A program made the position numbers and the translations under genes. DNA of 45,102 nt from an uncultured bacterium (GTDB lineage Bacteria; Desulfobacterota; GWC2-55-46; DRQE01), in contig CBDUXY010000001.1 of the NCBI GenBank assembly GCA_965371305.1, forward strand, positions 1 to 45,102, written 5' to 3'. The notes under the pieces were generated by a model, which worked only from the letters and a program-made list of their open reading frames with translations, was not told the origin of the DNA and did not search any database. Of the stretch, positions 1 through 7,661 are shown in pieces (positions within the stretch are counted from its first letter, which is position 1; every line of letters begins with the position of its first letter).

Positions 1-26
1 TTCTTTCCTACCTTATTTAATATCGC

Positions 27-2303
27 ATGGTTCAGGTTTATAGTTTAAAAACGACGAGAGGGTTTTTCTTGATAATGACTTGCCGCAAAAAGAATTCTTC
101 ATTCTTCCAGCGTTTTATACTCCTTTTGATTCTTCCTGTGTTTTTATTGCTGATCGGCGTTGGCAGCGCCAACGCCGGGTTTACCGACGGGCTTTTCTCT
201 ACCGAGCTTCCAATTGAGGTCAGCGGCGAGTCGGTTGTTTTTGATAGAGACAGCCAGACCTACGTTGCAAAGGGCGACGTGCTGCTTACCCAGGGCACAA
301 CCACGCTAAAGGCCGATGCCATAACCGTTGACATGCAAAAGGGGCGGGCCGTTGCAACAGGCAACGTGACAATTACCGACGACGCAGGTGATATTATCTC
401 AGGCGAATCCATAAGTATAGACATGAACAGGAAAACGGCTATCATCGTAAAAGGCAGGCTTTTTTATAAAGAAGCAAGCCTTACAATGGGTGCAGATGAA
501 ATCAGGAAAACAGGGGCGCAGACCTATGAGCTTAAAAAGTCAATGCTTACGACCTGTGATTGTGGGCCTGGTCCGGATGGAGAAAAAGTGCCTGACTGGA
601 GCATCAAGGCAAGAAGGATAAAGCTCGAAGTAGAAGATACCGTGACGGCCGCACACCCGGTGTTTTATATCAGAGGCGTGCCGGTACTCTATAGCCCATA
701 CATGTCGCTGCCGGCAAACACAAGGCGCAAGAGCGGGCTGCTTACTCCTGAGCTTGGGTATTCGAGCCTTCGCGGCGTTAAGTTCGACAATGAGCTTTTC
801 TGGGCCATATCGGACTCAAGTGACATGACCTTCGAGCTTGACATAGAGACGAAAAGAGGGGTGGGAGAGGGGCTTGAGTACCGTTACGTCAGGTCAAAAT
901 ACAGTTTCGGCGAGTTTAATATATATCACTTCAGTGAGCGCGACATTGACCGGGTGCGCGAGTTCAGGGTGGACGAGGCTAATCTGTTGAGACCGGAAAG
1001 TGCCGGGAGTGAGCGTTACGGCTTTGATTTTTCTCATACCGAGCGCATGGGTACCGGTCTTGTTTTTAAAGCGGACATCCGTCTTGTGAGCGACGACGAG
1101 TATTTTATAGATTTTTCAAACACGGACGCTGCTTACGGTGAAGGTGGTGACAGGTCAAAAGAGAGCCTTGAGAGTACCGCGTCTGTAACCAGGAATTTTG
1201 ATTCTTATAGTTTCACTACGGAACTGCGTTATTTCGATAACCTGCTTGCAAGTGACGACGACATGGTCTTGCAGAGGTTGCCCGTAGTCAAGTTTGGCAA
1301 GACAGGCCGCCGGATTTTCAGAACACCCTTGTTTTATTCAATTGAGACTGAATTCGTAAACTTCGAGCGCGCTGACGGGGACCGGGGGCAGCGTCTTGAC
1401 GTCAGTCCGCGCCTCTCTCTTCCGATGCGCCCGGGGCGTTTGTTTGAGTTTACCCCGTCCATAACTCCTCGCTTTACCGCTTACAGGGTGGAGCGAGAGA
1501 CTGACCCTGCTATAACGGACAGTGGCAGCCAGACCCACGGGCGCGCCCTTTACGAGGTGAAGGCCGACCTGGTCACTACCCTTGTGCGTTATTATAAAGG
1601 AGATAAGACGCAAGGGAGTGCGCCCACGTTTCGCCACACGGTGAGGCCAAGGCTTGTTTATACTTTTGTACCGGCAACCGACCAGTCACGGCTGCCCGTG
1701 TTTGATTCGGCAGACAGGTTTGGCCCTGAAAACTCTATAAGATATTCCCTTAATACAACGCTTGCGGGTAAGCTTTCCGACTCCGGCGTGATCCATGAAT
1801 ACCTTTACTTCGACATAGGGCAGAGCTACGACCTGCGCGAGGCACGGGGGCACAAGAAAGTCGACCCCTCAGGCATGGAAGAGCGGTCTTTCGGCGTGAT
1901 AGATGGTGAAGTCATTGTTCGTCCCACCGTGTGGTCGAGTGCAAGTTTTAAGGGTAAGTACGACGTGTATGAAGACGGTTTCGACGAGTACGACGCAAAG
2001 GTTACGGCAAGGCACCCGGCAAGGCATGAGCTTACCATGACTTACCGCTACTTAAGAGATATGCAGGAGTACTTTGAATCGCGCGCAAGGTTATGGGTTA
2101 GTGAGTCGTTGAATGTTGGGCACGTGTTTCGCCGTTCTTTTGAACGCGATGAGACGCTTGAGCAGGGTTACTTGCTCGGTTACTCTGCAAAGTGTTGGGG
2201 AGCCGAGTTAAGCTACAAACAGAGGCTTGAAGAGGACCTTGTGATGCTTACGTTTAACCTGCTCGGGATTGGCGAGGTGTTGAGTTCCAGGACGGTTTTT
2301 TAG
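27..2303 (+). CDS. lptD: LPS-assembly outer-membrane protein LptD (OstA family)
   Basis: 758-aa ORF. Hydrophobic signal (FILLLILPVFLLLIGVGSANA). OstA-like N-domain (GDVLLTQGTTTLKADAITVDMQKGRAVATGNVTITD), then a long beta-rich C-terminal region of typical LptD size. The true start may be ATG 75 (MTCRKK). Confidence 0.8.
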   Translation: MVQVYSLKTTRGFFLIMTCRKKNSSFFQRFILLLILPVFLLLIGVGSANAGFTDGLFSTELPIEVSGESVVFDRDSQTYVAKGDVLLTQGTTTLKADAITVDMQKGRAVATGNVTITDDAGDIISGESISIDMNRKTAIIVKGRLFYKEASLTMGADEIRKTGAQTYELKKSMLTTCDCGPGPDGEKVPDWSIKARRIKLEVEDTVTAAHPVFYIRGVPVLYSPYMSLPANTRRKSGLLTPELGYSSLRGVKFDNELFWAISDSSDMTFELDIETKRGVGEGLEYRYVRSKYSFGEFNIYHFSERDIDRVREFRVDEANLLRPESAGSERYGFDFSHTERMGTGLVFKADIRLVSDDEYFIDFSNTDAAYGEGGDRSKESLESTASVTRNFDSYSFTTELRYFDNLLASDDDMVLQRLPVVKFGKTGRRIFRTPLFYSIETEFVNFERADGDRGQRLDVSPRLSLPMRPGRLFEFTPSITPRFTAYRVERETDPAITDSGSQTHGRALYEVKADLVTTLVRYYKGDKTQGSAPTFRHTVRPRLVYTFVPATDQSRLPVFDSADRFGPENSIRYSLNTTLAGKLSDSGVIHEYLYFDIGQSYDLREARGHKKVDPSGMEERSFGVIDGEVIVRPTVWSSASFKGKYDVYEDGFDEYDAKVTARHPARHELTMTYRYLRDMQEYFESRARLWVSESLNVGHVFRRSFERDETLEQGYLLGYSAKCWGAELSYKQRLEEDLVMLTFNLLGIGEVLSSRTVF

Positions 2304-2320
2304 TCAAAGCGTCCGTAAGG

Positions 2321-2412
2321 TGGTATAATCCCGCATGGCGGGTTTAATTCCAATGGCCTGCCACGAGGTTTCAATCAACATGCTTCTTTTTGATACCCGG
2401 TTGCTTTCGAGT
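2321..2412 (+). repeat. REP/BIME-like intergenic repeat, copy a (hairpin CCCGCATGGCGGG plus tail ..CGAGGTTTCAA..TTTTGATACC..GCTTTCGAG)
   Basis: Aligns by eye with the copy at 40855-40946 and with the tail of 17110-17216. Lies entirely between convergent-free, same-strand genes. Confidence 0.6.
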
Positions 2413-2497
2413 AGATTTTTTCGCGCATGGCGTTCACGCACCGAAACATCAAAGCCGGTTACGTGTTGACTTAAAATAGTGGAGTGGTATTTCCCCT

Positions 2498-3517
2498 GTG
2501 ACTGAAAAAGATTTATTTTTAAGGATAATTGGCGGTGATAGTCCGGGGCGCGAGAGGCCTGCTTTTCTGCTCCCCGGTTCACTCGTAAGTCCGGTTAGAG
2601 CAGGCGGCGGCGGCGCGTTTTCACCCAGAGTTGCTCCGCCCGGAGCAGAGGAGTTAATTCGCCTCTCTCTTGAAGTGCACGACAGGGGGGGCGTTGAAAA
2701 CACAGGAGTGCCGTTTGTAATGAGGGTGCTTTCCGGCTCTTATGGAGGGGAGACGGACGAGGGTACCGGTACCGCCGCCCGGTGGAAGGAGCGCTACGCG
2801 CTTGAAGAAGTAAGCGGGTTCCGAGGACTACTAAACGCTCTTGACGGTGATACGAACAGGCTTGACGTTGTTATGGATTGCATCAGGGGCTTAAGTGAAG
2901 CGCGCCCTGACGTGCCGGTAATTGCAGACGTTTCAGGACCGGTCGCCCTGGCCTCATCCATAATACATGCCAGGACCTTCCTGACTTCCTTATCTGACGA
3001 GCCGGCGGCAGTTCATGAACTGCTTGCTTTTTTAACGGAAAATATCTCGCAGTACGTAAGCCGTCTTATTGATTGTGGTGCGAGCGCTATTTTTATAATG
3101 GAGCCGTTTGCAACGGCCGAGATCCTCGGCCCTGAGATTTTTGAAGAGTTCTCCCTCCCTTATATTAACGACGTTACAAAGACGGCCCATAAAGCGGGTT
3201 GTCCTGTAATAGTGCATATATGCGGTAAATTAAAGGGCATGGAGGCCGGGCTTAAATCACTTGAAGCCGAGTGCCTGAGCATTGACAGCACGGCGGATAT
3301 AGCCGGATTGAAGCGGTTTTTGACAGGTCACAGGCTTATGGGTAATATAAGTCAATTCGTGCTGGCCTCGGGCAGCAGGCAAAGGATTACCGAAGAGAGC
3401 GAGAGAGTGCTTGGCTGCGGCGTTGATTTCCTCTCCCCGTCGTGCGGGCTTGACGACTCTATTAAGCATGAAAGCCTGCGCGTGGTAAGGGACGTGCTTG
3501 ACGGATCTGTTGGATAA
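2498..3517 (+). CDS. URO-D superfamily methyltransferase, MtaA/CmuA-like (Zn-dependent)
   Basis: 339-aa ORF with a GTG start. The N-terminus MTEKDLFLRIIGG is typical of the family. Putative Zn ligands are H-x-C (VIVHICGKL) and a later Cys (LSPSCGLD). Confidence 0.6.
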   Translation: MTEKDLFLRIIGGDSPGRERPAFLLPGSLVSPVRAGGGGAFSPRVAPPGAEELIRLSLEVHDRGGVENTGVPFVMRVLSGSYGGETDEGTGTAARWKERYALEEVSGFRGLLNALDGDTNRLDVVMDCIRGLSEARPDVPVIADVSGPVALASSIIHARTFLTSLSDEPAAVHELLAFLTENISQYVSRLIDCGASAIFIMEPFATAEILGPEIFEEFSLPYINDVTKTAHKAGCPVIVHICGKLKGMEAGLKSLEAECLSIDSTADIAGLKRFLTGHRLMGNISQFVLASGSRQRITEESERVLGCGVDFLSPSCGLDDSIKHESLRVVRDVLDGSVG

Positions 3518-3584
3518 GGACACGACGGTAAGGGTCGGTTAAACCCGCCCTGCGGAAAAATAATTGAAAAAACAATAAACTTTC

Positions 3585-3614
3585 TTGATTTTCACCTGTC
3601 TTTCTGTTTAATAT
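3585..3614 (+). promoter_or_regulatory. Candidate sigma70 promoter (TTGATT-N18-TAATAT)
   Basis: The hexamers were read directly; only 4/6 match at -10. Lies about 120 nt upstream of the 3737 start. Confidence 0.25.
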
Positions 3615-3633
3615 ATTTAATTGTTTTTAAGTT

Positions 3634-3712
3634 CCGTGGTGGGTTAAACTCCATCATGTGGGATAAACCCCACCAAGTGGGTTTAATTACTCGTTGCCTG
3701 CGGCGGGGTAGT
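3634..3712 (+). repeat. REP/BIME-like intergenic repeat, copy b (three CCCAC/GTGGG-type hairpins)
   Basis: CCGTGGTGGG..CCATCATGTGGG..CCCCACCAAGTGGGTTTAATT..TTGCCTGCGGCGGGGTAG. It shares the GGGTTTAAT junction and the tail with copies a, g and h. Confidence 0.5.
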
Positions 3713-3736
3713 ACATAAGCGAAGGAAGCCATAATT

Positions 3737-5500
3737 ATGATAACAGGATTAAAACATACAGGACATAAAGCTGTAATCTTTTTTGCCGTAGCCTGCGTAC
3801 TTATGTTCGGGGTGTTAATTACAGACGCAAGTGCTGAGGAGAAGTCCGGGACCGTTAAGATTGCCGTATTCCCATGGAAGGTGAACGGCGAGCAGAGTTT
3901 GTCTTACCTTGAAGCCGCGCTCTCCGACATGCTCTCCTCACGCGTTGGCTCTGCTGACGGTGTAGAGATAATGAGGGGAGACCTGTTAAGAGATGTGCTG
4001 GCCGGGCGTGAGGCGTCAACCCTTACCGAGGCGGAGGCGTTTGAAGCAGGCACTAAACTCGGTGCCGACTACGTTTTGTTCGGCAGCCTTTCCGTGATTG
4101 GAGAGGTGGTCAGCCTTGACGCAAAGCTTTTTGATATAGAAAATAAAAAAACAGAACATAGCTTTAGTACTGCCCGCGGGCTTGATAGTGTTGTAGGGCT
4201 TGTCGGTGGGCTGTCGCAAAAGGTGCTTTACGTTACAAAGGGAGTTCCTGTCGGTAGCAATGAGACGCTTACTGCTGGTGTCGGCGGCGCCACCGGGGCT
4301 GTCGGGGCGGCGGCAGGCGCGGCTGCTACCTATACGGGGCGTTTCGCGAAGAGTGCGCCACAAGTCGCGGCAGCGGGTGTCGGGCCTGGTTTTGATGCGG
4401 GCGCGTTTGACGATGATGAAGCAACAGACGACGAAGACGATGACGACGACGGTTTTATAATAAAGAAGAGAAGGAATGGCAAGAAAAAGAAGCGCTTTAC
4501 CTGGACGGCGGCGCTTGGTAAGGAGACGGTCCTCGCTATCGAGACCGCAGACCTTGACGGAGACGGGGCGAAAGAGGTCCTGATACTTACGGAAACAGAA
4601 GTCAGGATTACGCACGCAGGGCCAAAGGGCCTGGAGAAACTCAAGACCATAAAGAACAAACCGGGCGTTATCAACATCTCTCTAAGCGCGTTTGAAGGCA
4701 AGGTATATGTTTCAAGGTTTAACGGGTCGAATCCGGACAGCTGCATACTTGAACACACGGGCGCCGGCTACGCCTTTAGCATGTGCGGATTATCTTATTT
4801 TATGAGGGCCGTTAGTGTTGACGGTCAGACCCCTGTGTTGCTGGGTCAGGAGTTTCGCGGGGAGTGGGGTTTTAAGAAAGATGTTGTAATTTTAAAGTTG
4901 GATAAAAACTCGGGAGTTGTTAGTACAGGAGTGCTTGATCTGCCCAGGCATGTTAACCTTTATGGTTTTGAAATATTTGACCTGGAAGAAGAGGGGCAGG
5001 CGTCCCTGGTCATGATTGATAAGAAGCGGCGCCTCCGGGTATATAAAAAGAAAGGTAACGGCTGGGAAAGGCAGTGGAAGAGTAAAGACTATTACGGCGG
5101 CACTCTTAATACAATCGAGATTGGCAGTAATGAGGAAGACTCGGGAGATTTGAAAAAAAGCGTGTACATTGAAGGTCGTTTCCGTTATGCAGACCTTGAT
5201 AATGACGGCGCCAACGAGATTATAATAAAGTCTAACGTTGCGGGCGGGGTTTTTGGCCAGCGCTCGGAAAGAGTCATGAGTTTTGAGAGCGGCACGATAA
5301 AGGCCATGTACTGGGACGGAATTCTGTTTGAAGATTCCTGGGCGACAAAAGATATCGAGGGTTATCTGTCTGACTTTATTCTGGAAGATATAGACGGTGA
5401 CGGCAGGGATGAGTTGTTGATTGTTGTTGTGAGCTCAGAAGGCATGTTCAGCAGTGACGTGAAGAGCTCGCTTGTGTCTTACACGTTTTCGAAGAATTAG
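3737..5500 (+). CDS. Exported protein: N-terminal CsgG/LpoB/TolB-N-like domain plus FG-GAP/VCBS repeats
   Basis: Signal or TM segment (AVIFFAVACVLMFGVLITDASA). The N-domain motif KIAVFPW..(~60 aa)..GADYVLFGSL resembles the three lipoproteins at 14445-18109. An Asp run is followed by a Lys run (DDEDDDDDGFIIKKRRNGKKKKR). FG-GAP-type Ca-binding loops: DLDGDGAKEVLI, DLDNDGANEIII, DIDGDGRDELLIV. Confidence 0.6.
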   Translation: MITGLKHTGHKAVIFFAVACVLMFGVLITDASAEEKSGTVKIAVFPWKVNGEQSLSYLEAALSDMLSSRVGSADGVEIMRGDLLRDVLAGREASTLTEAEAFEAGTKLGADYVLFGSLSVIGEVVSLDAKLFDIENKKTEHSFSTARGLDSVVGLVGGLSQKVLYVTKGVPVGSNETLTAGVGGATGAVGAAAGAAATYTGRFAKSAPQVAAAGVGPGFDAGAFDDDEATDDEDDDDDGFIIKKRRNGKKKKRFTWTAALGKETVLAIETADLDGDGAKEVLILTETEVRITHAGPKGLEKLKTIKNKPGVINISLSAFEGKVYVSRFNGSNPDSCILEHTGAGYAFSMCGLSYFMRAVSVDGQTPVLLGQEFRGEWGFKKDVVILKLDKNSGVVSTGVLDLPRHVNLYGFEIFDLEEEGQASLVMIDKKRRLRVYKKKGNGWERQWKSKDYYGGTLNTIEIGSNEEDSGDLKKSVYIEGRFRYADLDNDGANEIIIKSNVAGGVFGQRSERVMSFESGTIKAMYWDGILFEDSWATKDIEGYLSDFILEDIDGDGRDELLIVVVSSEGMFSSDVKSSLVSYTFSKN

Positions 5501-5520
5501 ATTTTGGTTGATAAAAAAAT

Positions 5521-5596
5521 GACGGTGTAGCTCAGGTGGTAGAGCAGGGGTCTCATAAGCCCCGTGTCGGTGGTTCAAGTCCACCCATCGTCACCA
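5521..5596 (+). tRNA. tRNA-Met (anticodon CAT; tRNA-Ile2/lysidine not excluded)
   Basis: 76-nt cloverleaf folded by hand. Acceptor GACGGTG/CATCGTC; D-arm GCTC-AGGTGGTA-GAGC; anticodon arm GGGGT-CTCATAA-GCCCC; T-arm GGTGG-TTCAAGT-CCACC; encoded CCA. The G1-C72 pair and T31-G39 argue against an initiator tRNA. Confidence 0.9.
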
Positions 5597-5611
5597 ATTT
5601 TGATAGTCAGG

Positions 5612-5644
5612 CAGGGCCGGTTTGAAAAAACCGGCCCTGTTTTT
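5612..5644 (+). terminator. Rho-independent terminator after the tRNA (also sits 16 nt beyond the convergent zwf stop)
   Basis: Perfect 12-bp stem CAGGGCCGGTTT/AAACCGGCCCTG with a GAAA loop, followed by TTTTT. Confidence 0.8.
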
Positions 5645-5654
5645 ATTTGCTCAT

Positions 5655-7310
5655 CTACGGCTCTCTCCACTCCCGTCCGTCCCTTTGTATGAGTTCGTCT
5701 GCCTCCTTCGGCCCGAAGCTTCCGGGCGAGTAGTTTGGAAAGCAGCCTGGGTCAAGCGTCTCCCAGCCGTTGAGTATACCAGTTATGAACTCCCAGGATG
5801 CCTCTATAGCGTCGCGGTGGGGAAACAACGTTGAGTCCCCGACCATGCAGTCGTAAAGCAGCCGTTCGTATGCCTCGGGAAGCTCCACCGAGTAGTTCTC
5901 TTTATATGAAAAATCCATTTCAACGGTGTCCATTTTATCCACACTTCCAGGCAGCTTGATGTTAAATGAAAATCGTATACCTTCGTCCGGCTGGATTTTG
6001 AGTTCAAGCACGTTGTTTTGCGGGCACCCGGTCTCAGACTCGGTAAAAAGGCAATGGGGAACGGCCTTGAAATGTATGGCAATCTCCGTTGCCCTTGTCT
6101 TGAGTGCCTTGCCGGTCCTGATATAAAACGGCACATCCGACCACCGCCAGTTGTCTATGAATAGTTTTAGTGCGACAAAGGTCTCGACCGTTGAATCAGG
6201 GGAGACGTATTTTTCAGTTCTGTACATCCGGTGCGTCTCTCCGTCCACCACTCCTGCGCCGTATTGTCCCCTGACCGTCATCTCTCTTACTTCGTCTGCA
6301 CTTATCGGCCGAAGCGATTCAATGAGTTCTATTTTTTTTCTTTGTATGGTGTCGGCTTCCATGTTGTTTGGAGGTTCCATGGCAAAGAGGGCGAGTAGTT
6401 GTAATATATGGTTCTGCACCATGTCGCGCAGAGTCCCTGACTCTTCAAAGTATTTGCCGCGCGAGCCGACGCCGTCCTTTTCGGCAACGGTGATCTGAAC
6501 GTGGTCAATGTAGCGACGGTTCCAGATGGGTTCGTATATGCCGTTTGCAAACCGGAAAAAGAGCAGGTTCTGCACGGTCTCTTTGCCAAGGTAGTGGTCT
6601 ATTCGGTAGACCTGTTCTTCACGGAAGTGTTTTGCAAGCAGGGTGTTGAGTTTCCTTGCCGTTGTGATGTCGCGCCCAAAGGGTTTCTCTATGATGATGC
6701 GAGGTAGTGGTGCCAAGCCTGAGTCTGTTTGTGTCTTGCCCTGCGCGTCAGTATGCAGGCCGGTTTGTACGTCCGGCGCGCAGTGCCCTGCGTCGGTCGC
6801 TCTTTGTCCCGGCCCTGGTCCGCCTGCCCTGTCGAGTTGTTCTATTATGGTGCGAAAAAAAGTAGGTGGTGTCGCAAGGTAAAAAATTTTCACCAATGGG
6901 GCGCCGCCGCTTTTGGCCTGCGTGGCGTCTATTTGCGCAAGTTTTTCAAATAAAGCGCTGAAACCTGCCTTGTCGTCAAACGAGGCGGAAACGAACCTTG
7001 CCCCGGAGAGCAGCTCGTCAAGGGCTTCCTCGTCTATTGGCTCGTGTCCGTGTATGTTGTGGTTTGAAAATTCCTCTATTGCCTTACGCGCAAAGTCGGC
7101 AAAACCCTCGTCGGTAAGTTTTCTTGTTGCGTAACCGATAATGTTGAAGTCGGGCGATAACATGCCAAGGGTTTTAAGCCTGTACAGGGCGGGCAGCAGT
7201 TTTTTCCTTGAGAGGTCGCCGGTGGCGCCGAAGATCACCATCGTAGTGGGCGGAGCCTGTTTTTCTTGATTGGATATCTGTGGCGAGGTCTTTATTGTAG
7301 TATCCGGCAT
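5655..7310 (-). CDS. zwf: Glucose-6-phosphate 1-dehydrogenase
   Basis: NADP-binding motif FGATGDLSRKKLLPALY, motif EKPFG and the active-site signature RIDHYLGKE. 551 aa, with an extra low-complexity insert before EKPFG. Confidence 0.9.
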   Translation of the reverse strand: MPDTTIKTSPQISNQEKQAPPTTMVIFGATGDLSRKKLLPALYRLKTLGMLSPDFNIIGYATRKLTDEGFADFARKAIEEFSNHNIHGHEPIDEEALDELLSGARFVSASFDDKAGFSALFEKLAQIDATQAKSGGAPLVKIFYLATPPTFFRTIIEQLDRAGGPGPGQRATDAGHCAPDVQTGLHTDAQGKTQTDSGLAPLPRIIIEKPFGRDITTARKLNTLLAKHFREEQVYRIDHYLGKETVQNLLFFRFANGIYEPIWNRRYIDHVQITVAEKDGVGSRGKYFEESGTLRDMVQNHILQLLALFAMEPPNNMEADTIQRKKIELIESLRPISADEVREMTVRGQYGAGVVDGETHRMYRTEKYVSPDSTVETFVALKLFIDNWRWSDVPFYIRTGKALKTRATEIAIHFKAVPHCLFTESETGCPQNNVLELKIQPDEGIRFSFNIKLPGSVDKMDTVEMDFSYKENYSVELPEAYERLLYDCMVGDSTLFPHRDAIEASWEFITGILNGWETLDPGCFPNYSPGSFGPKEADELIQRDGREWREP

Positions 7311-7489
7311 GGTCTCTTATCCTTTGTTTCAACCCTGTTAAACTCTAACAGAAGTGGCTGAAATGTCAATTGATTTGCATATCCATTTTAAGTCGCTTGG
7401 GCTTGAGGGCAGGGTGTACATGTTTAATGATCGGGCAATGTTTCTATCTCTATACTCCCTCCCTCGCCGGGCAGACGCATGGGACGCGC

Positions 7490-7509
7490 GGGTTGTGGGT
7501 GGGGAGGGG
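7490..7509 (+). other. Canonical G-quadruplex motif GGGTTGTGGGTGGGGAGGGG
   Basis: Four G3-4 tracts with loops of 4, 1 and 1 nt, on the coding strand about 150 nt upstream of the 10-heme cytochrome gene. Confidence 0.4.
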
Positions 7510-7661
7510 ATGTGGAACTTTAGCCTAATGTGTGGTTTATATGCTTTTTTACTGGACACTCAACATGTTTTTTGTTTAAGTTTTCAGCTTGACATGTTAA
7601 AATATAAAAAGTTTTTTTACATTTTTTTTCTTTAAATATGGCATAAAGCGTGGGAGGTTTG

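Noticed and set aside
2304-2703. Two - strand ORFs (92 and 84 aa) between lptD and the methyltransferase.
   Set aside because: They span a REP-like repeat and the 5' end of the MtaA-like gene. There are no motifs or ribosome-binding sites.
4016-4758. Antisense ORFs of 199 and 142 aa (plus the 86-aa + strand ORF at 4200-4460) inside the FG-GAP gene.
   Set aside because: They overlap the Gly/Ala- and Asp/Lys-rich low-complexity part of a well-supported gene. Their products are Arg/Ser/Pro-rich nonsense typical of off-frame translation.
5521-7310. tRNA-Met as the integration site of a genomic island (the EET island starts ~2 kb away).
   Set aside because: I saw no integrase, no direct repeat of the tRNA 3' end, and housekeeping zwf lies in between. 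A compositional analysis would still be worth running.
7589-7594. Perfect TTGACA hexamer upstream of the 10-heme cytochrome gene.
   Set aside because: There is no acceptable -10 hexamer at 16-19 nt spacing; only a T-run lies there.
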